Assembly (NCBI RefSeq): GCF_030028105.1 | Contig: NC_092397.1 | Location: 19,726,630-19,790,629 of the forward strand | Reading direction: 5' to 3' | DNA from: Mobula birostris | Lineage: Eukaryota | Length of the DNA: 64,000 bases | Shown here: positions 52,673 through 64,000 of the stretch, one piece after another | Layout: each line of letters opens with the position of its first letter | Position numbering within the stretch: position 1 is the first letter of the stretch | The notes under the pieces: generated by a model | The model's database searches: none | What the model saw: the letters and a program-made list of their open reading frames with translations, nothing else | Told to the model about the DNA's origin: nothing | Translations under genes and position numbers: made by a program

Positions 52673-55600
52673 CATGTGTGTGAGGCCGGTGTTCTGTACT
52701 CGGTGTCAGATGTGGGAAGTTCTGGAGTCTCCCAGCCTCCTGGACGGGAATATCCGCACCCGGTGTGTCGAGCTGCGGCTCCCAAGGGATTGCGTTAGGG
52801 AACGGGAGTTGCAGCTCGTTGACCTTCGTCTGGTCAGGGAGAGCGAGGAGGTGATTGAAGGGAGTCATAGGCAGGTGGTCGAACCGGGACCACAGGAGAC
52901 AGACAAGTGGTTAACAGTCAGGAGAGGGAAGGGGAAGAGTCAGGTACCAGAGAGTACCCCTGTGGCTGTCCCCCTGTACAATAAGTACTCCTGTTTGAGT
53001 ACTGTTGGGGGGGGGGGGTTGGGGGGGAGGAACAGCCTACCTGGGGGAAGCAACAGCAGCCAAGCCTCTGGCACAGAGTCCGGCCCTGTGGCTCAGAAGG
53101 GCAGAGAAAGGAAGAGAAAGGCCGTACTGATAGGGGACTCTTTAGTTAGGCGACTCTGTGGATGCAGGAAAGAAACACGGATGGTAGTTTACCTCCCAGA
53201 TGCCAGGGTCCGGGATGTTTCAGATCACGTCCAAAATATCCTGCAGTGGATTGGAGAACAGCCAGAGGTCGTGGTACATATTGCTACCATTGACATAGGT
53301 AGGAAAAGGGAGGGGGTCCTGAAAAAGGACTACAGGGAGTTAGGAAGGAAGTTGAGAAGCAGGAGAGCAAAGGTAGTAATCTCGGGATTACTGCCTGTGC
53401 CACAGGAAAGTGAGTATAGGAATAGAATTGAGGTGGAGGATAAATGCGTGGCTGAGGGATTAAAGCAGGGGGCAGGGATTCAGATTTCTGGATCACTGGG
53501 ACCTCTTTTGGGGCAGATGTGACCTGTACAAAAAGGACGAGTTGCACTTGAATCCCACGGGGAGCAATATCTTGGTGGGGAGGTTTGCTATTGGGGAGAG
53601 TTTAAACTAGAACTGTTGGGAGGTGGGAACCAAACTGAAGAGACTGGGGAAGAGGCGGTTGGCTCACAAATAGAGAAAGCTTGGAGACGGTGTGTGAGGG
53701 AGGACAGGCAAGTGATAGAGAAGGTACGTGCTCAGACCAATGGTTTGAGATGTGTCTATTTTAACGCAGGGAGTATTGTGAACAAAGCAGATGAGCTTAG
53801 AGCATGTATCACTACTTGGAGCTATGGTGTGGTGGCCATTACAGAGACTTGGATGGCTCAGGGACAGGAATGGTTACTTCAAGTGCCAGGTTTTAGATAT
53901 TTCAGAAAGGACAGGGAGGGAGGCCAAAGGGGTGGGGGCGTGGCACTGTTGATCAGAGATAGTGTCATGGCTGCAGAAAAGGTGGACGTCATGGGGGGAT
54001 TGTCTACGGAGTCTCTGTGGGTGGAGGTTAGGAACAGTAAGGGGTCAATTACTCTACTGTGTGTTTTTCATAGTCCACCCAACAGTAACAGGGATATCGA
54101 GGAGCAGATAGGGAAACAGATAAGAATAAGAGTCGTAGTGGTGGGAGATTTTAATTTCACAAATATCGATTGGCGTTTAGATAGGGTGGAGTTTGTTAGG
54201 TGTGTTCAGGAAGGTTTCTTGACACAATATGTAGATAAGCCTACAAGAGGAGAGACTGTACTTGATTTGGTATTGGGAAATGAACCTGGTCAGGTGTCAG
54301 TCCTCTCAGTGGGAGAGCATTTTGGAGATAGTGATCATAATTCTATCTTCTTTGCAATAGCATTGGAGAGAGCTAGGAACAGACAAGTTAGAAAAGCGAT
54401 TAATTGGAGTAAGGGGAATTATGAGGCTATCAGGCAGGAACTTGGAAGCTTAAATTGGGAACTGATGTTCTCAAGGAAAGGTACGGGAGAAATGTGGCAA
54501 ATGTTCAGGGAATATTTCTGTTGTCATGTGTGTCGCCAAGCAGAGCTACCGGACGGATGATGCTAATGAGAGAGATAATGGAAGACAATGGAGAAACATA
54601 TTGACAGACCATTTGCTTTGAACCTGAATAGTTTGAAGTTTGATGGACAGGTGATACCCCAGCAGGGGGATAAAAAGAGGCACGAGAAACGCCACGAGAC
54701 CCTGGAAAGGGCAGTGTGCCCCCACAAGTTGGTGGAGTTTGGAGGACCGGTTTGCGGGAATTGATCAGATGCTCTCAGGGTGTGTGTCCGCCCTTGCCTG
54801 AGTGCCGGGTTCACTGCGGAAGAACGATCGTATCCGGAACAGAGTGGCCACAGTCAGTGACCACAGCGGGATCAGAAGATATCAAAAGATCTGCCCGAAA
54901 CCAACTGCATCTCTATATATCTCTCTCCCTCCCTCCCTCCAACGGTACAACAACAGTGATTACTTCGAACTGCACTAAACTGAACTGAACTCTGCTTAAG
55001 ACTGATCATTTTACCCCTAGACTACGATAGAGCTTGGTTGATTCCTATTACCCTATTTCTGTGTATATGTGGGTATTATCATTGCGAACCTGTTACATTT
55101 ATATCCTTGCAATTAGTGTACTGTATTACTTATTTCCTTAATAAAAATTTAATAGTTCCTAGTAATCACAGACTCCAACAAGCGTTCCATTTCTGCTGGT
55201 TTAGCAACCCAGTTATGGGGTACGTAACAGTGTGGAGTTCTGCATAGGTATGTTCCAATCAAGGCTGCAGTAAATCTAGACAAGAAGAAAAGAAAAGCTT
55301 ACATAAGGTTCAGAGGGTGAGGTAATGTCAGAGATCTAGAAGATTGTCAGGCTAACAAGAAGGAGCTTAAGAAGGAAATTAGGAGAGCCAGAAGGGGCCA
55401 TGAGAAGGCCTTGGCGGGCAGGATTCAGGAAAGCCCCAAGGCATTCTACGAGTATGTGAAGAGCAAGAGGATACGACTTGAAAGGATAAAACCTATCAAG
55501 TGTGACAGTGGGAAAGTGTGTATGGAACCAGAGGAAATAGCAGAGGTACTTAATGAATACTTTACTTCAATATTCACTACAGAAAAGGATCTTGATGATT

Positions 55601-57240
55601 TTAGTGATGACTTGCAGCAGACTGAAAAGCTTGAGCATGTAGATATTAAGAAAGTGGATGTGCTGGAGCTTTTGGAAAGCATCAGGTTGGATAAGTCGCC
55701 GGGACAGGATGAGATGTACCTAGGATACTGCGGGAGGCGAGGGAGGAGATTGCTGAGCCTCTGGCGATGAACTTTGCATCATCAATGGGGACAGGAGAGG
55801 TTCCGGAGGATTGCGGATGTTGTTCCCTCATTCAAGAAAGGGAGTAGAGATAGCCCAGGAAATTATTAACCAGTGAGTCTTACTTCAGTGGTTGGTAAGC
55901 TGATGGAGAAGATCCTGAGAGGCAGGATTTATGAGCATTTGGAGAGGTATAATATGATTAGGAATAGTCAGCATGGCTTTGTCAAGGGCAGGTCGTGCCT
56001 TACGAGCCTGATTGAATTTTTTGAGGATGTGACTAAACATATTCATGAAGGGAGAGCAGTAGATGTAGTGCAAATGGATTTCAGCAAGGCATTTGATAAG
56101 GTACCTCATGCAAGGCTTATTGGGAAAGTTAGGAGGCATGGGATCCAAGGGGACAATGTTTTGCGGATCCAGAACTGGCTTGCCCACAGAAGGCAAAGAG
56201 TGGTTGTAGACGGGTCATATTCTGCATGGAGGTCGGTGAGCAGTGGTGTGCCTCAGGGATCTGTTCTGGGACCCTTACTTTTCGTGATTTTTATAAATGA
56301 CCTGGATGAGGAAGTGAAGGGATGGGTTAGTAAGTTTGCTGATGACACAAAGGTTGGGGGTGTTGTGAATAGTGTGGAGTGCTGTCAGAGGTTACAGCGG
56401 GACATTGATAGGATGCAAAACTGGGCTGAGAAGTGGCAGATGGAGTTCAACACAGATAAGTGTGAAGTGGTTCACTTTGGTAGGTCAAATATGATGAGAG
56501 TATATAGTATTAATGGTAAGACCCTTGGCATTGTGGAGGACCAGAGGGATCTTGGGGTCAGAGTCCATAGGACACTCAAAGCAGCTACGCAGGTTGACTC
56601 TGTGGTTCAGGTGGCATACGGTGCATTGGCCTTCATCAATCCTGGAATTGAACTGAGGAGCCAACAGGTAATGTTGCAGCTATATAGGACCTTGGTCAGA
56701 TGCCACTTGGAGTACTGCGCTCGGTTCTGGTCGCCTCGCTACAGGAAGGATGTGGAAACCACATAAAGGGTGCAGAGGAGATTTATAAGGATGATACCTG
56801 GATTGGGGAGCATGCCTTATGAGAATAGGTTGAGTGAACTCGGCCTTTTCTCCTTGGAGCGACGGGGGATGACAGGTGATCTGATAGAGGTGTATAAGAT
56901 GATGCGAGGCATTAACTGTGTAGATAGTCAGAGGCTTTTTCCCAGGGCTGAAATGGCTGCCACAAGAGGGCACAGGTTCAAGGTGCTTGGGAGTAGGTAC
57001 AGAGGAGATGTCAGGGTAAGTTTTTTTTACACAGAGAATGGTGAGTGCGTGGAATGGGCTGCCAGCAATGGTGGTAGAGGCCGATACGATAGGGTCTTTT
57101 GAGAGACTTTTGGATAGGTACATGGAGCTTAGAAAAATAGAGGGCTATGGGTAACCGTAGTAATTTCAAAGGTAGCTACATGTTTGGCACAACTTTGTGG
57201 GCTGAAGGGCCTGTATTGTGCTGTAGGTTTTCTATATTTC
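52673..57240 (+). mobile_element. Near full-length CR1 LINE (ORF1 Zn-finger/esterase; ORF2 APE-RT), inactivated
   Basis: ORF1 CTRC...LIGDSLVR; APE 53616-54520; RT 55873-56766 (DFSKAFDKVPH, PQGSVLGP, FADD); 3' tail gttttctatatttc; frameshifts and a solo LTR insertion. Confidence 0.92.
54522..55229 (+). mobile_element. Solo LTR (mirror of 406-1112)
   Basis: tgtcatgt...acgtaaca termini; flanks ctgt/gtgt; AATAAA 55140-55145. Confidence 0.7.
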
Positions 57241-58306
57241 CTCTCTCCCCAGAGGGAGACTGCAATCTGGAACACACTGCCTGAGGGGGTGGTGCAGGCT
57301 GGTATTTAAGGACCATCTGGATGAGCATTTGAATCACGAAGGCAGGGTAGGAGACAGACCAAGTGCTGAGTTAGTGGGGACAGATTCTCAATGGTCGGTA
57401 TAGACACGCAGAAACCACTGACTGTGAAAGTGCAGGGGGAATCTGAAACACAGAATTTCAGGGTGGACTCAGCTAAAACATTCAGAACCCAGTACGATGG
57501 ATTTTTGTTGGACAAAGGTACTAATGGCCACATACTGAACCAACCCCCTCAAAAGGTGACCAAAATGCTGCCATTCCCTGTGCACCAGTAACAATACTTT
57601 TGTCTGGGAATTTGGTGAAGTATTCTGGGTGATATTAGGAGATATGTCTGACACCTTGGTCACAGTGGGAGGGTGCAAATATTTTCTCAGAGGGTAAGGG
57701 GTTCAGTGGAACAAGCTCACAGCTGAGAATGAAGGTGACAAACCCCACTGCAGTGGAGGACTGCTGTGGTCAGGGTTGTACAGGATAGAAACAGACCCTC
57801 TGGCCCATCACATTTATGTTCCCCATCATGCACAGCTGTACTAATCCCACTTTCCTGCATTAGTTTCATATCCCTCTGGGCCTTGCTCACTGAAGCCCCT
57901 GTGCATGTGCCTCTGATATTGTTACACAGTTCCCTGTATGTGGCATCACAGGTAGACAGGATTGTGAGTTCTACTTGCCTTGTCAGCCAAAGAACTGCCT
58001 CTCATTAGAGTTGGACAAAACTGTTTAAAGACAGATTTAAAGGGGATCTGAGGGGTAAATATTTCACACAGAGAATAGCTGGCATCCGGAATTAACTCCC
58101 AAAATAGAGTCACTGGTTTATACAGAAATGAAACAGTCTCTTCGGTACAACTCATCCCCGCCGACCAAGTTGTCGACCTGAACTCGGCCCATCTGCCTGC
58201 ATTAGGCCCGAATCCCTCTCAACCTTTCCCATCCATGTGACTGTGCAAATATGTTTTAAATATTGTACCTGAGGCAGAGAGCCGGTGCAGTGAGGCGCTG
58301 ACAGAC

Positions 58307-58560
58307 ACTCACTGTTCCGCGGGCAGGAAGAGGAGAGGCGGATCCCACAGCGGAGCCGAAACCCCAACAAGTGGAGACCGGCTCCACCATCCCGGACTTC
58401 CCGCACTGGACCGTTTCCACGGAAACGACGATGGTGACTGTAGGGCTTTGTGACGTCAACGCGCCACGGGTCAACAATCGCATGGAGTCACGTGACAGTA
58501 ACCCGACAGCCGGGGAGGCGGGGCAGAGGGAGCTGTCAATCAGCAGAGCGGCTGAAAAAC
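58307..58560 (-). promoter_or_regulatory. CpG-rich promoter and putative first exon of an unidentified minus-strand gene
   Basis: RFX X-box GTTTCCACGGAAAC 58413-58426, CRE TGACGTCA 58451-58458, GTCACGTGAC 58487-58496, GC box 58515-58524, donor GTGAGT on minus 58307-58312. Confidence 0.55.
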
Positions 58561-58864
58561 TTGTCACCATTGTGAACAGAATGGGGAGAGTGGGAGATTT
58601 CCTGGGACGTGACCCACTCCCCTATTCCCTGGAATTGAGTGTGTTATACACAGTAACATTCATATTATAATTTAGCTCTTCGATCTTATAAATATGTCAT
58701 GTTTGTATTTTGTATATTTTTGTGTGGATAATCTTTTATAATTTGGGATGAAGGATGTTGGAACTAGATCACTGGAAAAAAACGTCACGGAAAAATATTG
58801 TCAAAGCCAAAATATTAATCCAAAGTAAGTTGTTATCACACTTCGCATAAGGCACCATATAGTT

Positions 58865-61130
58865 CAAAGATCAAATTAAAATTTATTCTCACAGTACATA
58901 CGTGTCACCACAGATAGCCAGAGATTCTTGTTCAGCGGGCATGCTTAGCAAATCTATAGAACAGTAACCGTGAACTGTAAATATGAGGAACTATAAACTG
59001 TAAACAAATTGTGTAAATGCAGAAAAATGAATAGCAATAAATAACAAGCATGAAATAACGATATAACAGTCCTGACATGAGTGTATCTATCCCCTTTTGT
59101 TCAGGACACTGATGATTGAGGGGTAGTAACTGTTCTTGAAGCTGGTGGGGCGAGTCCTGAGGTACTTGTACCTTCTACCTGATGGCAGCAGTGAGAAAAG
59201 AGCATTGCCTGGGTGGTGAGGATCTTTGCTGATGGACGCTGCTTTCCTCCGGCAATGTTTCATGTAGATGTGCTCAGTGGTTGTGAGGATTTTACCCGTG
59301 ATATACCGGGCCGAATCCGCTACCTTTTGTAGGATTTCCCACTCAAAGGCATTGGTGTTCCTATACCATGCCGTAATGCAGCCAGTCAGCACACATTCTG
59401 CCACACATTTATAGAAGTTTGGCAAAGTTTTCGATGACCGGCTGAATCTCTGAGTGCCCTGAGGAAGCAGAGGTGCAGTCGGGACTTCTTCACAATAATA
59501 TTTATATGATGGGCTCAGGACAGGTCCTCAGAGAGTGACACACAGAAATTCAAAGTTACCGACCCTTTCCGCCTCTAATCGTCCTTTGATTACTGGCTCA
59601 TGGACCTCTGGGTTTCCCCTCCTAAAGTCACAATCAGTCCCTTGGTCTCATCCACATTGAGTGAGAGGTTGTTGATATTACACAACTCAGCGAAGTTTTC
59701 AGAGTCCCTCCTGTATGCCGATTAATCACCCTCTTTGATACAGCCCACAACAGTTGTGTCATCAGTAAACTTGTAATTGTGTTGGAAGTGTACTTGGCCA
59801 CACATTCATACTGTCGGAGTAAAGTGAGTGTGGGGGGGGGGGGAGGATGCGGGAAGCAAAGCACACTCTGGGTGGGACTCCTGTGCTGTGGAGGAGATGT
59901 TTCTTGTCAATCCAAACTGACTGGGTTTTGCAACTGAGGAAATCCAGGATCCAATTGCACAAGGGGGTATTGAGGCCCAGGACTGGGAGTTTACTGATCA
60001 GTTTTGAGGGGATGACATTGTTAAGTGCTGATCTGTAATCAATAAAGGGCATCCAGATGTTTGCACCTTTGCTGTCCAGATGTTCCAGAGTTGTGTGAAG
60101 AGACAACGAGACAGCATCTGCTGTTGCTTCAGTTGGTGAAATGGAGAGGATCCAAGTCACCATTCAGACAAGAGCTGATATGCTTCAACACCAGCCTCTC
60201 AAAACACTTCATTGCTGTGGATGTAAGTGCCACTGGGCAATAGTCATTCAGACAGGTTGCCACGCTCCTGTTGGGCACCGATATGATTGAAGCTTCCTTG
60301 AAGTAGGTGGGTTCCACACACTGCTAGATCGAGAGGTTGAAGATATCCGTGAATACACGAGCCAGCTGGTCAGCACAGGTCTTCAGTACTCGGCCAGGTA
60401 CTCCATCCAGACCAGATGCTTTCCTTGGATTCACTCTCTTGAAGGCAGCCTGCACGTCATCTTCAGATACTGAGACCAAATGACCATCGGGAGACACGGG
60501 GGTGCGCGATGGTTCCTTCCTCTTCTGCCTGTCCAAAGTGAGCATAGAAGGCATTGAGCTCGTCTGGAACCGAAGCTGTGCTGTCCCCTTTGTCACGAGA
60601 TTTACCTTTGCAGGAGGTTCTGGCATTCAAACCCTGACACAGATCTTGAGCATCACTCTTTTATTCCATTCTATTCCAGAATCTCCACATTGCCCAAGAG
60701 ACGGCTTTCCGCAGATCATACCTGCAGCTCTTGTAGTATTCCTGATCTCCAGACCTGAATGGATCTGATCTGGTGCTCAGCAGGTTCCAGATCTCAGTGC
60801 TTACCCAGAGCCTCTGACTTGGGAAAAGCCTCAATGATTTTGTGGGGACACACGCCTCCACAGCTGTTTTAGTAAAGTCTGTAGTGACCCCGGTGTCGTC
60901 CTTCAGGTCCTGAGATGAGTTCTTGAACATGGCTCAGCCTGCTGACTCAAGGCAATCCTGTAACCGTTCCTCTGCCTCCCAACACCACCCCTCGGTTATC
61001 TGGATATCTGGAGCCTTGTTCCTTAGTCTCTGTCTGTATGCAGGTAGCAGGAGTACAGTCAAATGATCCAACTTAACAACAACAGGCATTCCTGATCGTG
61101 GTGTAGCAGTGCCCTAGTGTGTTGGGACCT
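58865..61130 (-). mobile_element. Rex1/Babar-clade LINE, decayed
   Basis: [34 protein letters not shown] and SLLPSGRRY motifs. Confidence 0.85.
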
Positions 61131-61264
61131 CTGATGCAAAAGGTTACTACTTCAGATTCATTTTCTTTCAGATATCTACAGGAAAATGAATACAATGGAA
61201 TTGATGAAAACTACAGACAGCAAAGACTGACAGACAAATCATGTGCAAAAGAAGACAAATAGTG

Positions 61265-61761
61265 GAATATCCTCCTCTTCATTATTAATTACATTGTCCT
61301 TAGATTCAGTAATTAGTCTAATTAACGTTCGCCTTGTGGTAACATGTTCACACGGGATCTTAGCTTCCACACACACCTCTTTGAGCTGATCCAGTTGCAA
61401 AAGCCATAGGCTCTGAGACAAGGTCTCTGCCAACTCCCCCCGATCCATTATGTGTGAAGCAGCCGCGCCCCCAAAGAAGCGCGCTCCCGCTCTCCATCAA
61501 ACGCGATCCGTGTCCTCATTGTGGCCACACTGAGCGACGTTAATTGTCCCGGGTTCCGGCACCAAATATTTGTTGCACACAAAAGGGATTTCCAGGCGTG
61601 CCGAAGTTTAAAATAGCCTCTTTATTTTCCTTTCTGGAAACACCGGAACACAGCGCATCGGCTTTCCACGCACGCTGCCGGGCCGTCTCCGTCCACTCCA
61701 TCACATCCCCGGGACCCCTCAGCTGCCCCAACTGCCTGGATAAGCTTTGCCCCTTGTAACC
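61265..61761 (-). mobile_element. Gypsy-like LTR retrotransposon 5' end (short LTR, PBS-Phe, start of gag-like ORF)
   Basis: TGGTGCCGGAACCCGGGA (minus 61547-61564) matches the complement of the tRNA-Phe 3' end at 17/18; LTR ends ...CA at 61571 with AATAAA inside; ORF MDRGELAE...LKEVC follows. Confidence 0.7.
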
Positions 61762-61989
61762 ATCAACCAACCCACTGAACATTAATCAAATTGTCAATGA
61801 ACCAAATAACAAAACCAAAGCACTAAAAATAATATGAACATCATATAAGAAAATTAGGGGGGTATCCAGTGTCCATTACTATGCTCCACATTACTATGGG
61901 TCCCACTTTGGCATGGGTGACCCTCCCAAAAGCCAAACCACAAGGGCCTTGTCTCCAGCCAGCTTCACTCTCCGGTCATTGAGGCAGGT

Positions 61990-63170
61990 TTCAGACATCC
62001 CACCTCTCCCGGAAGATCCGGGAGTCTCCCGCATATCGATAGTGGCTCCCTGACGCCCGGGAATTATATACAATATCCCGGAAATAGATTTATTTTTTTG
62101 AGAGGGAGAGCGAGCATCCTGTTTGGTCTCTCTTCGTGCTGAGAGTGGTCTCCAACCACCGGGCCGTGAGGAAACAATATGATTTGGCGATATGAAACGA
62201 TATGAGTCAGCTGCACCTTTTCTCACTCCCTGTCACGCACTGTTGAGCTCGAACGCACGCGAGGTCATTACGCACGCCTCATCCATGTCAGCGCGGGAAA
62301 AAGATCAACTCCTGGAGCTTGTAAGTGACGGCGGGCTGAAAAGTATGTTTGACATAACATCTCTGCCGGCATTCTGGATCAAAGTCAAGGCTTACTATCC
62401 TGAGATAGACACGAAAGCACTGAAAACGTTGCGTCCATTTCCAACATCATATCGCTGCGAAGCGGAGTTTTCTGCAATGAATGCAACGAAAACTAAATTG
62501 CGGAATAGACTGGACATAAGGAACCCCCATCGAGTATCGCTGTCTCCCATCACGCCTCGATGGGACCGTCTTGTTGCAGGAAAACAAGCCCAGGGCTCAC
62601 ACTGATTCAGCGATATTGGTGTGTTGCAATGAATTTATATGTTTACACGGGGAAAATATGCGCTGTGTGTTTAATATCCAAACGTTACTTAAAATGTTAT
62701 GATGCTATTGACTTATCACCTATATTCCGGTCGTGATTAACACCGCCCCCCGCTCCCCGCCCCCGGGTCGGCCGGTCCGCAAGAATATTGTCAATATTGA
62801 ACCGGTCTGCGGTGCAAAAAATGTTGGGCACCGCTGCTAAGTAGACCTATCAGTTTTCTCTGTGGGCGGGCTTTACAGTCGACCTCAAAAACAATGACAG
62901 TGTTGCTCGCTGCACCTTTTGCAACAGTGACCTTTCTATTGCCCATGGTGGGTTAAAATGTAAAAGACATGTTGAGGTGAGTTTAACAGGTGTCATTACA
63001 GCATAGGTAACGTTATTTAAACTAGCTGGTTAGCTGCTAAGGAGCCACGCTATTGATGTCCTACGTGATGAGGCCAACCTCCCTGCAGACTTGCTTAAAG
63101 TTGTAATAGAATAAACATGATAATAAAATATAATATAACACATATTTTAATGTCACATTTGCTGCATATA
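61990..63170 (+). mobile_element. Host DNA-transposon remnant (hAT-like) with BED-type zinc-finger fragment
   Basis: ARCTFCNSDLSIAHGGLKCKRH at ~62904-62970. Confidence 0.45.
62143..62836 (+). mobile_element. hAT (Buster/Charlie-like) internally deleted element
   Basis: hATC dimerisation motif FWIKVK..YPEI...PFPTSYRCEAEFSAM..KTKLRNRL; imperfect TIRs gagtggtctccaac / gttgggcaccgctg. Confidence 0.75.
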
Positions 63171-64000
63171 GTCATAGTCATAGTCATACTTTATTGATCC
63201 TGGGAGAAATTGGTTTTCGTTACAGTTGCACCATAAATAATAAATAGTTAAATAGTAATATGTAAATTATGCCAGGAAATAAGTCCAGGACCAGCCTATT
63301 GGCTCAGGGTGTCTGACCCTCCAAGGGAGGAGTTCTAAAATTTGATGGCCACAGGCAGGAATGACTTCCTATGACGCTCTGTGTTGCATCTCAGTGGAAT
63401 GAGTCTCTGGCTGAATGTACTCCTGTGCCCAACCAGTACATTATGTAGTGGATGGGAGACGTTGTCCAAGATGGCATGCAACTTGGGCAGCATCTTCTTT
63501 TCAGACACCACAGTCAGAGAGTCCAGTTCCATCCCCACAACATCACTGGCCTTACGAATGAGTTTGTTGATTCTGTTGGTGTCTGCTACCCTCAGCCTGT
63601 TGCTCCAGCACACAACAGCAAACATGATAGCACTGGCCACCACAGACTCATAGAACATCCTCAGCATCGTCCGGCAGATGTTAAAGGACCTCAGTCTCCT
63701 CAGGAAATAGAGATGGCTCTGACCCTTCTTGTAGACAGCCTCAGTGTTCTTTGACCAGTCCAGTTTATTGTCAATTCGTATCCCCAGGTATTTGTAATCC
63801 TCCACCATGTCCGCCCTGACCCCCTGGATGGAAACAGGGGTCACCGGTCCATTAGCCCTCCTCAGGTCTACCAACAGCTCCTTAGTCTTTTTCACATTAA
63901 GCTGCAGATCATTCTGCTCACACCATGTGACAAAGTTTCCTACCGTAGCTCTGTACTCAGCCTCATCTCCCTTGCTGATGCATCCAACTATGGCAGAGTC
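63171..64000 (-). mobile_element. Rex1/Babar-clade LINE 3' part (runs off window)
   Basis: ORF 63335-63895 (KTKELLVD, YKYLG, LRRLRSFN, LDNVSHPLH); (gtcata)n tail at 63171-63188. Confidence 0.88.

Noticed and set aside
62192-62605. Domesticated ZBED8/SCAND3/FAM200-like gene
   Set aside because: Only the hATC tail is present, inside a ~700-bp TIR-bounded element; no catalytic core.

Overview
Vertebrate genomic DNA, most likely a cartilaginous fish (shark/ray), judged from its CR1, Rex1/Babar, Penelope and Tc1 repeat content. The core is a replication-dependent histone gene cluster of seven intact intronless genes, each with a 3' stem-loop and downstream element: H4(+), H3.2(+), H1(-), H2A(-), H2B(-), H2B(-), H4(-). 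Three gene remnants remain: an orphan H4-type 3' end, an orphan H2A-type promoter and an orphan H4 promoter. A large inverted segmental duplication (1..~16968 mirrored by ~43101..55589, with the left arm running off the window) carries the two H4 genes, encloses a ~26 kb spacer with the other histone genes, and shows patchy homogenisation and arm-specific transposon insertions. The rest is mostly decayed mobile DNA: CR1, Rex1/Babar and I/Nimb-like LINEs, a Tc1, hAT fragments, a solo LTR, and a Gypsy 5' end with a tRNA-Phe PBS. Many short Penelope-derived inserts carry minimal hammerhead-ribozyme motifs. Also present are a C2H2 zinc-finger pseudo-exon, a 46-bp hairpin minisatellite and an unassigned CpG-rich promoter/first exon near 58.4 kb. 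All comparisons were made by eye; no alignments or database searches were run.
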